This document shows, one piece after another, positions 28,920-37,912 of a stretch of DNA of 64,000 nt. Under the pieces are notes generated by a model, which was given only the letters and a program-made list of their open reading frames with translations, searched no databases and was not told where the DNA came from. The position numbers and the translations under genes were made by a program. The stretch is from positions 29,014 to 93,013 of the IMG/VR virus record IMGVR_UViG_3300044796_000222, one strand, 5' to 3'. The stretch's first letter is position 1. Each line of letters begins with the position of its first letter. This stretch comes from a virus.

Positions 28920-29026
28920 TCGCCGTCGTATGCGGCTCCCGCGACTCCCGAGATCGCGACGGCGTCTTCGCTGTGCTCGATCGCATCCACGCCGAGACGC
29001 CGATTACGCCTTGCCTATCCGGTTGA
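28916..29026 (+). pseudogene. Truncated SLOG/DUF2493 (YspA-like) gene
   Basis: MIAVVCGSRDSRDRDGVFAVLDRIHAETPIT matches the family N-terminus; similarity ends at the element's left repeat. Confidence 0.7.
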
Positions 29027-29072
29027 CTCCCTCCCCTTGACACCTTCCCTACTTCTGGTGTACGCATTCAAC

Positions 29073-30434
29073 ATGTCCGCTGAGAAGACCCACCAGCGAA
29101 TTGTTCGGGAATTAGACCCAAACAACGAGGTGCTGACGTCTTTTCGCAAATACGCGGGAACCAAAAGGCTTGTCTACAACTTGTACTTGGAGGCCGCCCA
29201 GACGCTCTTTCACTCGTGCCAAGACAAGGTACGCTTCCTCAAGAAGAACGACTTCAAGCGGGAGTTCACTGCGCGTAGGCACTCAGACTTCCCTTGGATG
29301 GACGAAATCCCATCCAATCTCATCGAACTTGCTATCGATGACGCCGATCGTGCCTATCAAAACTTCTACGCCGCTCGCAAGAAGGCTAGGAAGGTGGGAC
29401 TCCCTCGTCGAAAGAAGAAAGGCAACGCACGAGACTCCTTCCGCTTCCGAAACGAGCTAGTCAAACTTCTAGACCGTCGGCATATACACGTCTCCAAGAT
29501 CGGCCGGGTCAGACTCAAAGAGCCCCTTCGCTTCATCAAAGACCAACGGGTCGTAAGCCTCACAGTCTATCGCGAAGCCGATCGCTGGTTCGGATCGTTT
29601 CTGGTCGAAGAACCCTTGGCCACACCTGTTCCGCCTACTAATCCGATCGTGGGAGTAGACCTCGGGGTCCTCACGTTCGCGACCGTTTCGGACGGTTTCA
29701 GCTACCAAAGAGTCGCTCACACCAACGCTCTCAAGTCCTCATTGAAGCGTCTCCAACGTCTTAGTCGTCAACAGTCACGAAAGGAAAGGGGCTCAAACAG
29801 CAAGAAGAAAGCCACCATGAAGCTCGCCCGACAGCATAGGCGAGTGAAGAATATCCGAGAGACGCAGATCCACAAGCTCACCACGAAGCTGGCGAAAACC
29901 AAGTCAGTCGTCGTGATCGAGGACCTCAACGTCTCTGGGATGGTGAAGAACAAGAACCTAGCGCGATCCGTCATGGATCAAGGGTTCGGGATGGTCCGAC
30001 GCCAGTTGGAGTACAAGACCAAGAAGTTCGGGTCTCGCCTCCTCGTGGTCGATCGGTTTTTCCCGTCCTCGAAGCTGTGCTCTGTGTGCGGGTTCAAGTG
30101 CGAGAAGATGCCTCTTAGTGTGAGGCGTTGGAGTTGCGTCAAGTGCGGCGCAACCCACGATAGGGACGAGAACGCCTCGGAGAACCTGAGGCAAGAAGGC
30201 CAACGCATGTTGGCTAACGATTTAGTACCCCAAATGCTGGGGGAATTTACGCCTGAGGAGATCCCTCTGGGGGTGGACGGCACGATGATGGGGTGCACTG
30301 GAAGCACCCCAGAGGCGTCTACTGCCCATGGGTCGTTGAACCAGGAAGCGGGCTCAACGTGTGGGAAGTCCTCACGTACGGTAAGTCCCGTCAATGCCGG
30401 AGGCTCCCCACTCGTGGGGGAGCCTACCGGATAG
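29073..30434 (+). CDS. tnpB: RNA-guided endonuclease TnpB (IS607/IS605-type)
   Basis: RuvC-I GVDLG, RuvC-II VIEDL, Zn finger CSVC/CVKC, RuvC-III HDRDENA; the catalytic D-E-D triad is intact. Confidence 0.95.
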   Translation: MSAEKTHQRIVRELDPNNEVLTSFRKYAGTKRLVYNLYLEAAQTLFHSCQDKVRFLKKNDFKREFTARRHSDFPWMDEIPSNLIELAIDDADRAYQNFYAARKKARKVGLPRRKKKGNARDSFRFRNELVKLLDRRHIHVSKIGRVRLKEPLRFIKDQRVVSLTVYREADRWFGSFLVEEPLATPVPPTNPIVGVDLGVLTFATVSDGFSYQRVAHTNALKSSLKRLQRLSRQQSRKERGSNSKKKATMKLARQHRRVKNIRETQIHKLTTKLAKTKSVVVIEDLNVSGMVKNKNLARSVMDQGFGMVRRQLEYKTKKFGSRLLVVDRFFPSSKLCSVCGFKCEKMPLSVRRWSCVKCGATHDRDENASENLRQEGQRMLANDLVPQMLGEFTPEEIPLGVDGTMMGCTGSTPEASTAHGSLNQEAGSTCGKSSRTVSPVNAGGSPLVGEPTG

Positions 30435-30440
30435 GCATGG
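30225..30440 (+). ncRNA. Putative TnpB omegaRNA/reRNA scaffold overlapping the tnpB 3' end; boundaries approximate
   Basis: GGGAATTTACGCCTGAGGAG and GTCGTTGAACCAGGAAG blocks typical of tnpB 3' ends; hairpin at 30401-30425. Confidence 0.55.
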
Positions 30441-30570
30441 AAGACGCGTGCCGCTACATCGTCGCCTGTCGTCGAGACGGCGCCGCCCAGCAGGCCGAGT
30501 GCGTCCACGGCCGCTCCGACGGCGCGCTCGCTCTCGTCGCGAAGGCGCTGGCGGCGCTGGGTATTAGGGC

Positions 30571-30598
30571 TTGACGGGCGCCGCATCATGCTCATGTT
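30571..30598 (+). promoter_or_regulatory. Sigma70-like promoter of the RNA ligase operon
   Basis: TTGACG-N16-CATGTT, followed by an AAGGAG ribosome-binding site. Confidence 0.55.
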
Positions 30599-30628
30599 GA
30601 CGCCTTCCATCGAAGGAGAGCCGAGAAG

Positions 30629-31753
30629 ATGATCGACAGGCTGTGCATCCAAAAGTTGCTCGACGAGCGCGGTTTCGACGAAGCGTTCCTCGTCTCCAAC
30701 TACGGCATCAAGGCGCGCGTCGATCGCACGCACCCGAACCTCGTCCTGTTCAAATACGACCAGATCGCGTCGCCGATGGGCGAGAGAATCGTACAGGAGT
30801 GTCGCGGTGTCATCCTCGACAAGTCCGACGGTTGGTCGGTCGTCTCGCGCGCCTTCGACAAATTTTTCAATCACGGTGAAGGCCATGCCGCACCGATCGA
30901 TTGGTCCACGGCGGCGGTGCAAGAGAAGCTCGACGGGTCGCTCTGCGTGCTCTACGCCTACGACGGCAAGTGGCGCGTCGCGACCACTGGCACGCCTGAC
31001 GGCTTCGGCGACGTGAACGGATTCGGCATCACGTTCGCCGACTACTTTTGGAAGACGTTCAACGCGTGCGGAGGCCGTCTTCCGACGATCGACTCGACCG
31101 GACGTCATCCATCGCAGTTCTTCTTCGAACTGTGCGGCAAGTTCAACCGCGTCGTCGTGAGGCATGAAACGGATCGCGTCGTCGCTCTCGGCGCCCGTCA
31201 CGAAGGCAAAGAAGTCGGACCGCACTTCGCCGCTGACGCCACCGGCATCGCGCCCGTCCAATGCTTCTCACTCCAGTCGTTCGACGACATCGCCGCGACC
31301 TTCGGCGCGCTCAGTCCGCTCGCACAAGAGGGCTACGTGGTCGTTGACGCCGACTTCCGACGCGTGAAGGTCAAGCATCCCGGTTACGTCGCGCTTCATC
31401 ACGCGAAGGACGGACTTGGTCCGAAGGCGTTTCTTCAGATCGCCCGCTCCGGCGAGACATCCGAAGTCCTGTCCGCCTTCCCAGAGTTCCGAGAGCACAT
31501 GGAGCAGGTGAAGGCGAAACTCGACGCACTCATCGCCGAGACGGATGCCACCTACGCGGCGCATCGCCACCACGAAGTTCAGAAAGACTTCGCGATCGCG
31601 ATCAAGGATTCGCCTGGACGTGCAGCGATGTTCTCGATCCGATCTGGACGGCATCGCGACGCTCGGCACTACTACGCCGAGACGCAGATCGATCCGTTGA
31701 TGCGACTGCTTGGCCTGAAGGCCGAACAGCAGGCCGAAGGAGACGCGACATGA
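30629..31753 (+). CDS. RNA ligase, T4 Rnl1-like
   Basis: ECRGVIL, FDKFFN, motif I EKLDGS, FEL...NRVVV, EGYVV, RVKVK. Confidence 0.9.
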   Translation: MIDRLCIQKLLDERGFDEAFLVSNYGIKARVDRTHPNLVLFKYDQIASPMGERIVQECRGVILDKSDGWSVVSRAFDKFFNHGEGHAAPIDWSTAAVQEKLDGSLCVLYAYDGKWRVATTGTPDGFGDVNGFGITFADYFWKTFNACGGRLPTIDSTGRHPSQFFFELCGKFNRVVVRHETDRVVALGARHEGKEVGPHFAADATGIAPVQCFSLQSFDDIAATFGALSPLAQEGYVVVDADFRRVKVKHPGYVALHHAKDGLGPKAFLQIARSGETSEVLSAFPEFREHMEQVKAKLDALIAETDATYAAHRHHEVQKDFAIAIKDSPGRAAMFSIRSGRHRDARHYYAETQIDPLMRLLGLKAEQQAEGDAT

Positions 31754-32712
31754 GCGAGTTCCACGTTGAGGTCGTGCGCCTCGGACCAATCACTAAACAT
31801 CCGAACGCGGACACGCTGTCGATTACGATGGTCCATGGGGGCTATCCGGCGATCGTGCGAACGGGCGACTTCAAAGAGGGCGATCTCGCCGTCTACGTTC
31901 CGGTCGACGCGATCGTGCCAGAGACGCCGCGCTTCTCGTTTCTTGGCGTCCACCGTCGAATCAAGGCGAAGCGTCTGCGCGACGTCTTCTCGATGGGCCT
32001 TCTCATCGCCGCCGATCCCGGCATGGTCGAAGGCCAAAATGTCGCGGAAGCGCTCGGCATCACGAAATGGGAACCCGACAACCCGACGGAGGGAAGCGCT
32101 GACGAGCCTGATCGCGGCGCGATGCCTTGCTACACCGACATCGAAGGTCTGCGCCGTTGGAAATACGCGCTCATCGAAGGTGAGGAGGTCGTCATCACCG
32201 AGAAGATCCACGGCGAGAACTTCCGCGCCGTCCATGACGGTGAGCGCCTCTGGGTTGGCTCACGAACACGCTTGAAGTTGCCAGTTGAGAACGACGGCAA
32301 GTGGTGGTCGGCGGCACGGCGCGCTGGCGTTCCAGAGGCGTTGGCGAAGATGCCAAACGTCATCATCTTCGGCGAGTCTCACGGCTACACCGGAGGCTTC
32401 CCGTACGGTACCGGGCGGCAACCGACGCTGCGTCTATTCGACGCGATGGACGCGAAGACGCGGAAGTACCTCGATTGGGACGACTTCGTTCGCGTGACAG
32501 ACGAACTGTCGTTGCCGCGCGTTCCGGTCCTCTATCGCGGTCCGTGGAATGCAGAGCTGGTCGCGTTGGCGGAAGGATCGTCGACCATTGACTCCTCGCA
32601 TGTCCGCGAGGGCATCGTTGTGAAGCCCACGCGCGAACGATCCGGCGAGCAGATCGGGCGCACGATCCTGAAGATCCACGGCGAAGGATTTCTCACCAGA
32701 AAAGGCGCGTAA
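31750..32712 (+). CDS. RNA ligase, DRB0094/Rnl2-like with N-terminal OB fold
   Basis: KHPNADTL, RLRDVFSMGLL, motif I TEKIHGEN, FGE, REGIVVKP, ILK. Confidence 0.9.
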   Translation: MSEFHVEVVRLGPITKHPNADTLSITMVHGGYPAIVRTGDFKEGDLAVYVPVDAIVPETPRFSFLGVHRRIKAKRLRDVFSMGLLIAADPGMVEGQNVAEALGITKWEPDNPTEGSADEPDRGAMPCYTDIEGLRRWKYALIEGEEVVITEKIHGENFRAVHDGERLWVGSRTRLKLPVENDGKWWSAARRAGVPEALAKMPNVIIFGESHGYTGGFPYGTGRQPTLRLFDAMDAKTRKYLDWDDFVRVTDELSLPRVPVLYRGPWNAELVALAEGSSTIDSSHVREGIVVKPTRERSGEQIGRTILKIHGEGFLTRKGA

Positions 32713-32729
32713 GCGAACGGGAACCACAA

Positions 32730-33275
32730 ATGCCAAGACGATGGGCGCAAGAGTTGACGGCGGAGATGATCGGTCTGAATCCGACGATCGTGAAGCGTTT
32801 CTGGGCGCAGGTCGCGGAGCCAAATGAGCGCGGGTGCCGGCTGTGGACCGGAGCGCTACGAGGCAAGACCGGCTACGGCTGCATGAAGGTCAACAAGAAG
32901 GTCTACGACACGCACCGCCTCGGCTTCGTAATCCGATTCGGAACAGTCAGCGCCGGCAGAGTGGTGCGCCACTCGTGCGACATCCGCCGCTGCGTAGAAC
33001 ATCTTCTGATCGGCTCTTCGGCCGACAACCATCGCGATATGGTAGTCCGTGGGCGCGCCGTAACGCCAGCGCAGATGAGCGCGAAAATGAAGGCGCTTGG
33101 CCATCGTCCGCCACCGCCGAAGCGAACACTCAACCCAGAGCAGGTTCGGCTGGTTCGGATGCGGGTCAAGGCTGGCGATACGCACCAATCGATTGCTGAC
33201 GATTTCGGCATTTGTCGGCAATCGATCACGATGATTGTCGGCGGGAGAACCTATACGGATATCGCGAGCGCGTGA
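32730..33275 (+). CDS. HNH homing endonuclease with C-terminal HTH
   Basis: CRLWTG...GYG...HR...VRHSCDIRRCVEHL..GS.ADN. Confidence 0.88.
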   Translation: MPRRWAQELTAEMIGLNPTIVKRFWAQVAEPNERGCRLWTGALRGKTGYGCMKVNKKVYDTHRLGFVIRFGTVSAGRVVRHSCDIRRCVEHLLIGSSADNHRDMVVRGRAVTPAQMSAKMKALGHRPPPPKRTLNPEQVRLVRMRVKAGDTHQSIADDFGICRQSITMIVGGRTYTDIASA

Positions 33276-33287
33276 ATCAACTAACCG

Positions 33288-34475
33288 TCACGCAACCTTC
33301 GGACACTTGCAGTACCCGCACAAGGCCGTAGCGCTCGGGATTCGCCCCTGTCGAATCTCGCAAGCGCCGCGCAGCCCTCGATCTACGACCGCGCCATAGC
33401 AGACGTCACCGATCTCGTCGCCCTTCCCGCCCTGCACTTGGTCATCCTTGAAGCGCGAGATGAGGTAGCGCGGCTTGATGAATAGGTCGGCGTCGGGCCT
33501 ATCGCCGTCAGGCTTCTTCTTCGCGAGCCGCGAGTCGTCTGGATTCAGGTCGACCGCCATCAACAGGTCGCGCAACTTCCGCCGAGCCGCCGCAACTTCC
33601 TTCGCGACTTCGCCGGCCACGAAGCGGAGGTGAGCGTGGAGTGCCTTCTTCCGCCATTCCTGCTTGACAGCGTCGTCCTCTTTCACCTGCTCTTCGATCT
33701 CGTCGCGCTCGTCGAGCGTGAGCGCCGATGCGCGGAGTTGATCGCGTAGATCATCTCGCACGCGCCCATCGGCGTTCGACACGATTTCAGGCCACTTCAC
33801 GGCGTCGACGTCGGCTACCACCATTCCTGTTGGCAGGTCAATCCTCACGTCAGCGTCGCCCCTGACGCCACGCGCGAGCGTCTGCGCGCTCATCAACGTC
33901 TTGCCTGCGAGCGTGCCCGTGTAGTCGACGTAACACAAAATGAGCACACGAATCTCGACGTCTGTCAAGCGCTTCAGCACTCGTGCAAGCGCTGTGAGGT
34001 GCGGGTCGGGTGTCGGCAATCGGTGGACGCCTTCGCCACGCGTTGTGCGCTCGCCGACCATGTGAGGTACGCGCGGGACGAGCTTGTCGCAGTCGGGTCG
34101 CCATGCTCGGAGTGCCTCGATCTCATCGCGCCATCGCGAGTCTGGGTCGCGAGCTGCGCGCTTGGCCCATCGCTGGCGCATTCGGACGAGCGGCGACGTC
34201 TCGTCTTCATCCTTCCCCTTGCGATCGTTGGCGCGGACGGCGTCGGCCTCGACCGCCATCGAGAGGAGCGGGACTGCGATGCCTTCGACTAGGAACGAGT
34301 CGAGTTCTGCGACGGCGCCAGCGATCTTGTGGACCTTCGCCATCGCCTCGGTGTCGGCCTTCGCACGGGCGGCAAGCGCGTCGAACGCCTCCTCATTCGC
34401 CTTGGCGAGCGAGTGTGGGCGCCCCTCGATCTGAGCGCGCTCGATCGTCTCGGCGGATGTCTTGCGGCGGCCCAT
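33288..34475 (-). CDS. Hypothetical protein with a split sigma region-4-like signature (possible transcription regulator)
   Basis: LKRLTDVEIRVLILCY ... VAAARRKLRDLL; Cys-rich C-terminus; ATG at 34475 overlaps the upstream stop. Confidence 0.5.
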   Translation of the reverse strand: MGRRKTSAETIERAQIEGRPHSLAKANEEAFDALAARAKADTEAMAKVHKIAGAVAELDSFLVEGIAVPLLSMAVEADAVRANDRKGKDEDETSPLVRMRQRWAKRAARDPDSRWRDEIEALRAWRPDCDKLVPRVPHMVGERTTRGEGVHRLPTPDPHLTALARVLKRLTDVEIRVLILCYVDYTGTLAGKTLMSAQTLARGVRGDADVRIDLPTGMVVADVDAVKWPEIVSNADGRVRDDLRDQLRASALTLDERDEIEEQVKEDDAVKQEWRKKALHAHLRFVAGEVAKEVAAARRKLRDLLMAVDLNPDDSRLAKKKPDGDRPDADLFIKPRYLISRFKDDQVQGGKGDEIGDVCYGAVVDRGLRGACEIRQGRIPSATALCGYCKCPKVA

Positions 34476-34991
34476 CACGCGCTCCGCTTCTGCTTCACGT
34501 CGGCGTGCCGCTTCATCGCTTCGAGGCAGCCGATGCACGCGTCCATGCGATTCGCAACGATCGTCGCAGGCCCGTGGACCGTCACCGACGCCAGCGCGCG
34601 ACCGCAGTAGGTCCGGTTCAACATGCTCGGTTCGACGGCGTGGACAACGTGATACTTGCTCACAAACGAGAGCCCTTGACAGACAGCATCGTCCGAGACG
34701 GCGTCCCGATGGCGATGATTGCCCGCATCTGGTGGCAGCCATCGCAGATCGAAACGAGTCCGTCAGCGCTCGCGACACCACCTAGTTTGTGAGACGCGTT
34801 CGGCAGGCAGTCAGCGCACAGTTGGACCTGAGTTTTCGGTTCGTTCATCGCATTCGCTCCCGGCCCTTATAGGACATCCACTGCCACCCGAGCATCGAGC
34901 AGACGCCGGCCATCGCGATTGCCTGCCTCACGCCGTCGGGCAGAAAGTAGCAGACGATTGATGCGACGAGGCACCCAATTCCAGCTTGCAT
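34475..34991 (-). other. Three small genes (34475-34663 and 34660-34848 Cys-rich; 34845-34991 hydrophobic)
   Basis: Start/stop overlaps. Confidence 0.55.
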
Positions 34992-34995
34992 GACT

Positions 34996-35439
34996 TCAAC
35001 CAGCTTTCTCTCGCCCCCGCGCCAACACCTCTCGCATGAACGCGAGTTGCGCAGGACGCATCGGTAGGCGAGCCACGAATCGTGACAACTTTTCCCTGTT
35101 CGTTCCGATCAGTTTTGCATATTCCGACAGGCGACCAGTTCCGATCTGCGCCCTGAACCACGCAGCCTCTTGGGCAGTTGCCGCTTTGCTCGCATCCAAA
35201 ACCATAGCGGGATAGCGCTGGTCTTGATTCTCGGCGGCGATCGAGCGGTAGAGGTCGACGGTGTTCTTTCGTTGCGGGATGCGCGCGATGAAGGTAAGGA
35301 GCGCGTGAACGCCGACGCCGAATCTGGACGCTACATCGCGCACCGAGGCGTGGAGCGCGGCGTTGCGAAACCAGGCCACCTCTTCAGGTGTCCCGACGTC
35401 GGTAGGGCCAACGGAGTCCTTACGTGTTCGGTTCGGCAT
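34996..35439 (-). CDS. Tandem double-HTH protein
   Basis: Repeated T.(E/Q)E.AWFR...HTH...F.AR.P.R unit. Confidence 0.6.
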   Translation of the reverse strand: MPNRTRKDSVGPTDVGTPEEVAWFRNAALHASVRDVASRFGVGVHALLTFIARIPQRKNTVDLYRSIAAENQDQRYPAMVLDASKAATAQEAAWFRAQIGTGRLSEYAKLIGTNREKLSRFVARLPMRPAQLAFMREVLARGREKAG

Positions 35440-35647
35440 CCGGCGCTCCTTCGGCCGCGAGCAGACGCGCCTTCTCCCTTCGGAACGCTTTGATCGTGGC
35501 GAGTTGAACGTTGCGGCCCACCTCAATATCTCTAAGCACGGACTGCGACACGTGCATGACGTTCGACGCCTGCTTCCGCGAGCCGCACTTCTTCGAGAGC
35601 CTGAGCGCGAATGCGACGTCATCTTCGTTGGGCTTGACGAGGCTCAT
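35420..35647 (-). CDS. Small XRE-like HTH protein
   Basis: SRKQASNVMHVSQSVLRDIEVGR. Confidence 0.6.
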   Translation of the reverse strand: MSLVKPNEDDVAFALRLSKKCGSRKQASNVMHVSQSVLRDIEVGRNVQLATIKAFRREKARLLAAEGAPDAEPNT

Positions 35648-35967
35648 TCGTCGGACTCCACGACCGCCATGACGGCGTCCTCTTGCACGATGGCAAGTCG
35701 GTCGCTGTCGCCGGACGCTTCGTGCAGCCGCTTGTCCATGCAGACGACGCGATCGCCGACAGCGAGCGGGATAGGCAGGCGCGAGCCGTCTTCAAGCATC
35801 TTGCCGGGACCGAGCGCCTTCACCCGCCCGACCGAATATCGGAAGTCCGCCGACGCGGTGCGCGGGATGAAGATGAGGCCGCTCTTTTCAGCCGCCGGCT
35901 CGTATTCGACGAGTACGCGATCGCGAAGGAGGCGCGTGGCGAGGACGGTTTCGTCGGTGGCGGTCAT
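35644..35967 (-). CDS. groES: Co-chaperonin GroES-like
   Basis: LRDRVLVE, SGLIFIP, GRVKALGPGK, LAVGDRV, IVQEDAVMAVVE. Confidence 0.9.
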   Translation of the reverse strand: MTATDETVLATRLLRDRVLVEYEPAAEKSGLIFIPRTASADFRYSVGRVKALGPGKMLEDGSRLPIPLAVGDRVVCMDKRLHEASGDSDRLAIVQEDAVMAVVESDE

Positions 35968-37212
35968 GCTGCACTCGCTTCGATGGGTTTTCGCCTCAAG
36001 GTGAAAGTGCCGTCCGTGTGTTCCCACACCGGAATGACACGCAGGCGAAGGCCGCGCTTGCGCGCCCACTCGCGCATCCGATCTGCGTGATGCTGCGCCT
36101 GTTCCTGGTCGATTTGTGCGACCAATTCCTTCGCGCTCCACTCGGTCATGTCGCAAGCCTCATCGCCGCCGTGGCCGTCATCGGTCAACCAGTAGGTATG
36201 GCCGTTGCCCTTCGCTCGAATAGCGAAGCGACGCCACGGCGGATCGAGGAAGCGCGGCATTTTAGGCGTCCGCCGCGCTCGGCGCCGCATGAGCGTCGGG
36301 CTTCGGCGCTTGCGCGGCGTCCCACTTGTCGACGTACTTCTGGCCGTCGCTCACGTCATCGGCGCCGCCGTGCGTGAACGTCGCCGACGTGATCGTGTGC
36401 CCCGCGTCGCGGAGTTTTTGCACGAACTCGGCGGCCATCTTGTTGGCGTCGTAAGCGAGGCTCGGGTTGTGGTGGCAGCCCGTGCCTTGAACCGTGATGT
36501 TCCAGTTGCCCATGGTCGTTCTCCTCGTTGGTTCAACAGCGGTAGAGAGTCTGCTCGTCGGGGCTCACGCCGCCGATGATCGGTTGGCTCGCCTTCGAGC
36601 CCTTCAGCGTTTCGATGGGATGCTTCTTCTTCGTCGGCTTCGCCTCTTCTGGCGACGTCGGCAGCGGCGGCGCATGCGCCTCGCTCAACGCCTCTTGCTG
36701 CGCGGCTGGAAACGACGGGTCGATCTCGTGGATGAAGACAAGCGCAAGGTGACGTCGAATCATGTCGGCTTGCGCAGACGAGATGGGGCCGCCCTCGCGC
36801 AGTTCCATGAAGCCCTGCAACCAGTAGCAAAAGTCGCGCGACGTCATCACGACTTCGCCTTCATCCGCTTTTCGACAACGAGAAGCGCGCGAACGACGGC
36901 GCGATTGCGAGCGCCGCCAGCAACGGTGCGCTCTGCGGCACGAGCCGCGCGCTTGACGCTGCGACGCTGGTCGGCCTTCGCGTAAGCGATGGCGCGCACG
37001 GCGTTGTAGGCTGACATCGGCTTGTAGTTGACGTGAGTGCCGGTCGCTTCACCGCCGCACTTCTCGCCGCGACCGAGGCCGCCCTTGGAGCCGCCGCCAC
37101 GGAACTCGCCGCGCACCTTGCGCTCCTGTTCCTTCATGCCAGGCATCGCGGACATCGCCGCGACGGAGGCCATGATGCCGAGCAATGCCGACCGATTCAT
37201 TCCCTTACTCAT
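35964..37212 (-). other. Four small hypothetical genes (35964-36260, 36262-36513, 36533-36850, 36847-37212)
   Basis: Tight packing; GGAG-type RBS before several starts. Confidence 0.6.
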
Positions 37213-37222
37213 CTCGTCTCCT

Positions 37223-37912
37223 TCACGGCTCCTGCATGTACATCGTTGCCCAATCATACGGATCGATCTTGCGGCGGATGCCTTCGAGTGCGAACGTTGG
37301 CCATCGCGACGGCCACACCGATTCGCCACTGCTATCAAGCGCCGGAATCTTGATCTGCTCCCACGGCACTCCACGCGCCTTCGCCTTGTAGAGTTCTCCG
37401 AGCACGTCATCCTCCATCCAACGATTGTCGCAGACCACGATCGAGCAGTCCGGCATCGCGCGGGTGAAGAGTGTCTGGTCGATCCATTCCAAAATCGCCC
37501 CACGCTTCACCCGGTTGTCGGCGACCACTCGATCTTTGATCGGCGAATCGAGCACGATCAGATCGGCTCCGACGCCGGTCAACGAACCGCCAACGCCGCA
37601 CGGAACGATTCCGTGTTTCCACGCTCCGACGCCGACGCTCGAATCGCCGGCCTGGAGTTGCGAGACCTTGGCGCCGGCCAACTTGTCCGAATAGGTGGCG
37701 TAGATGAACGAGCCCGACTTCCGCGCCTCCGACATCCACGCAAGCGCGTGCAGCAAGGTCGACGATCTCGCGAATCGTGGAGGTGCAGCGATGGTCGCGA
37801 AGACGCGTTCACCGGAACGGATGCGCTCGAAAGCATCGAACACTGGCGCCATGTGCATCGGCGCCTCAAGCGCTGGCGACCTGTGCGTGATGTAGTCGGC
37901 GAGAGAGGTCAC
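37223..37912 (-). CDS. Stand-alone terminase ATPase-domain paralog with degenerate Walker motifs
   Basis: Colinear with the TerL N-terminal domain (SLAD.I, ERIRSGE, PPRF, GVGGSLTG, WP.RWP); ends YMQEP with no nuclease domain. Confidence 0.88.
   Translation of the reverse strand: MTSLADYITHRSPALEAPMHMAPVFDAFERIRSGERVFATIAAPPRFARSSTLLHALAWMSEARKSGSFIYATYSDKLAGAKVSQLQAGDSSVGVGAWKHGIVPCGVGGSLTGVGADLIVLDSPIKDRVVADNRVKRGAILEWIDQTLFTRAMPDCSIVVCDNRWMEDDVLGELYKAKARGVPWEQIKIPALDSSGESVWPSRWPTFALEGIRRKIDPYDWATMYMQEP

Larger units (their letters stand above)
29009..30440 (+). mobile_element. Non-autonomous TnpB-only element bounded by 25-bp imperfect inverted repeats
   Basis: 29009-29033 CCTTGCCTATCCGGTTGACTCCCTC versus reverse complement of 30416-30440 CCATGCCTATCCGGTAGGCTCCCCC (21/25); single tnpB; interrupts a gene. 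Confidence 0.8.

Noticed and set aside
29009-30440. IStron (group I intron plus TnpB)
   Set aside because: Only about 60 nt precede tnpB, leaving no room for a ribozyme core, and excision does not restore the SLOG gene.
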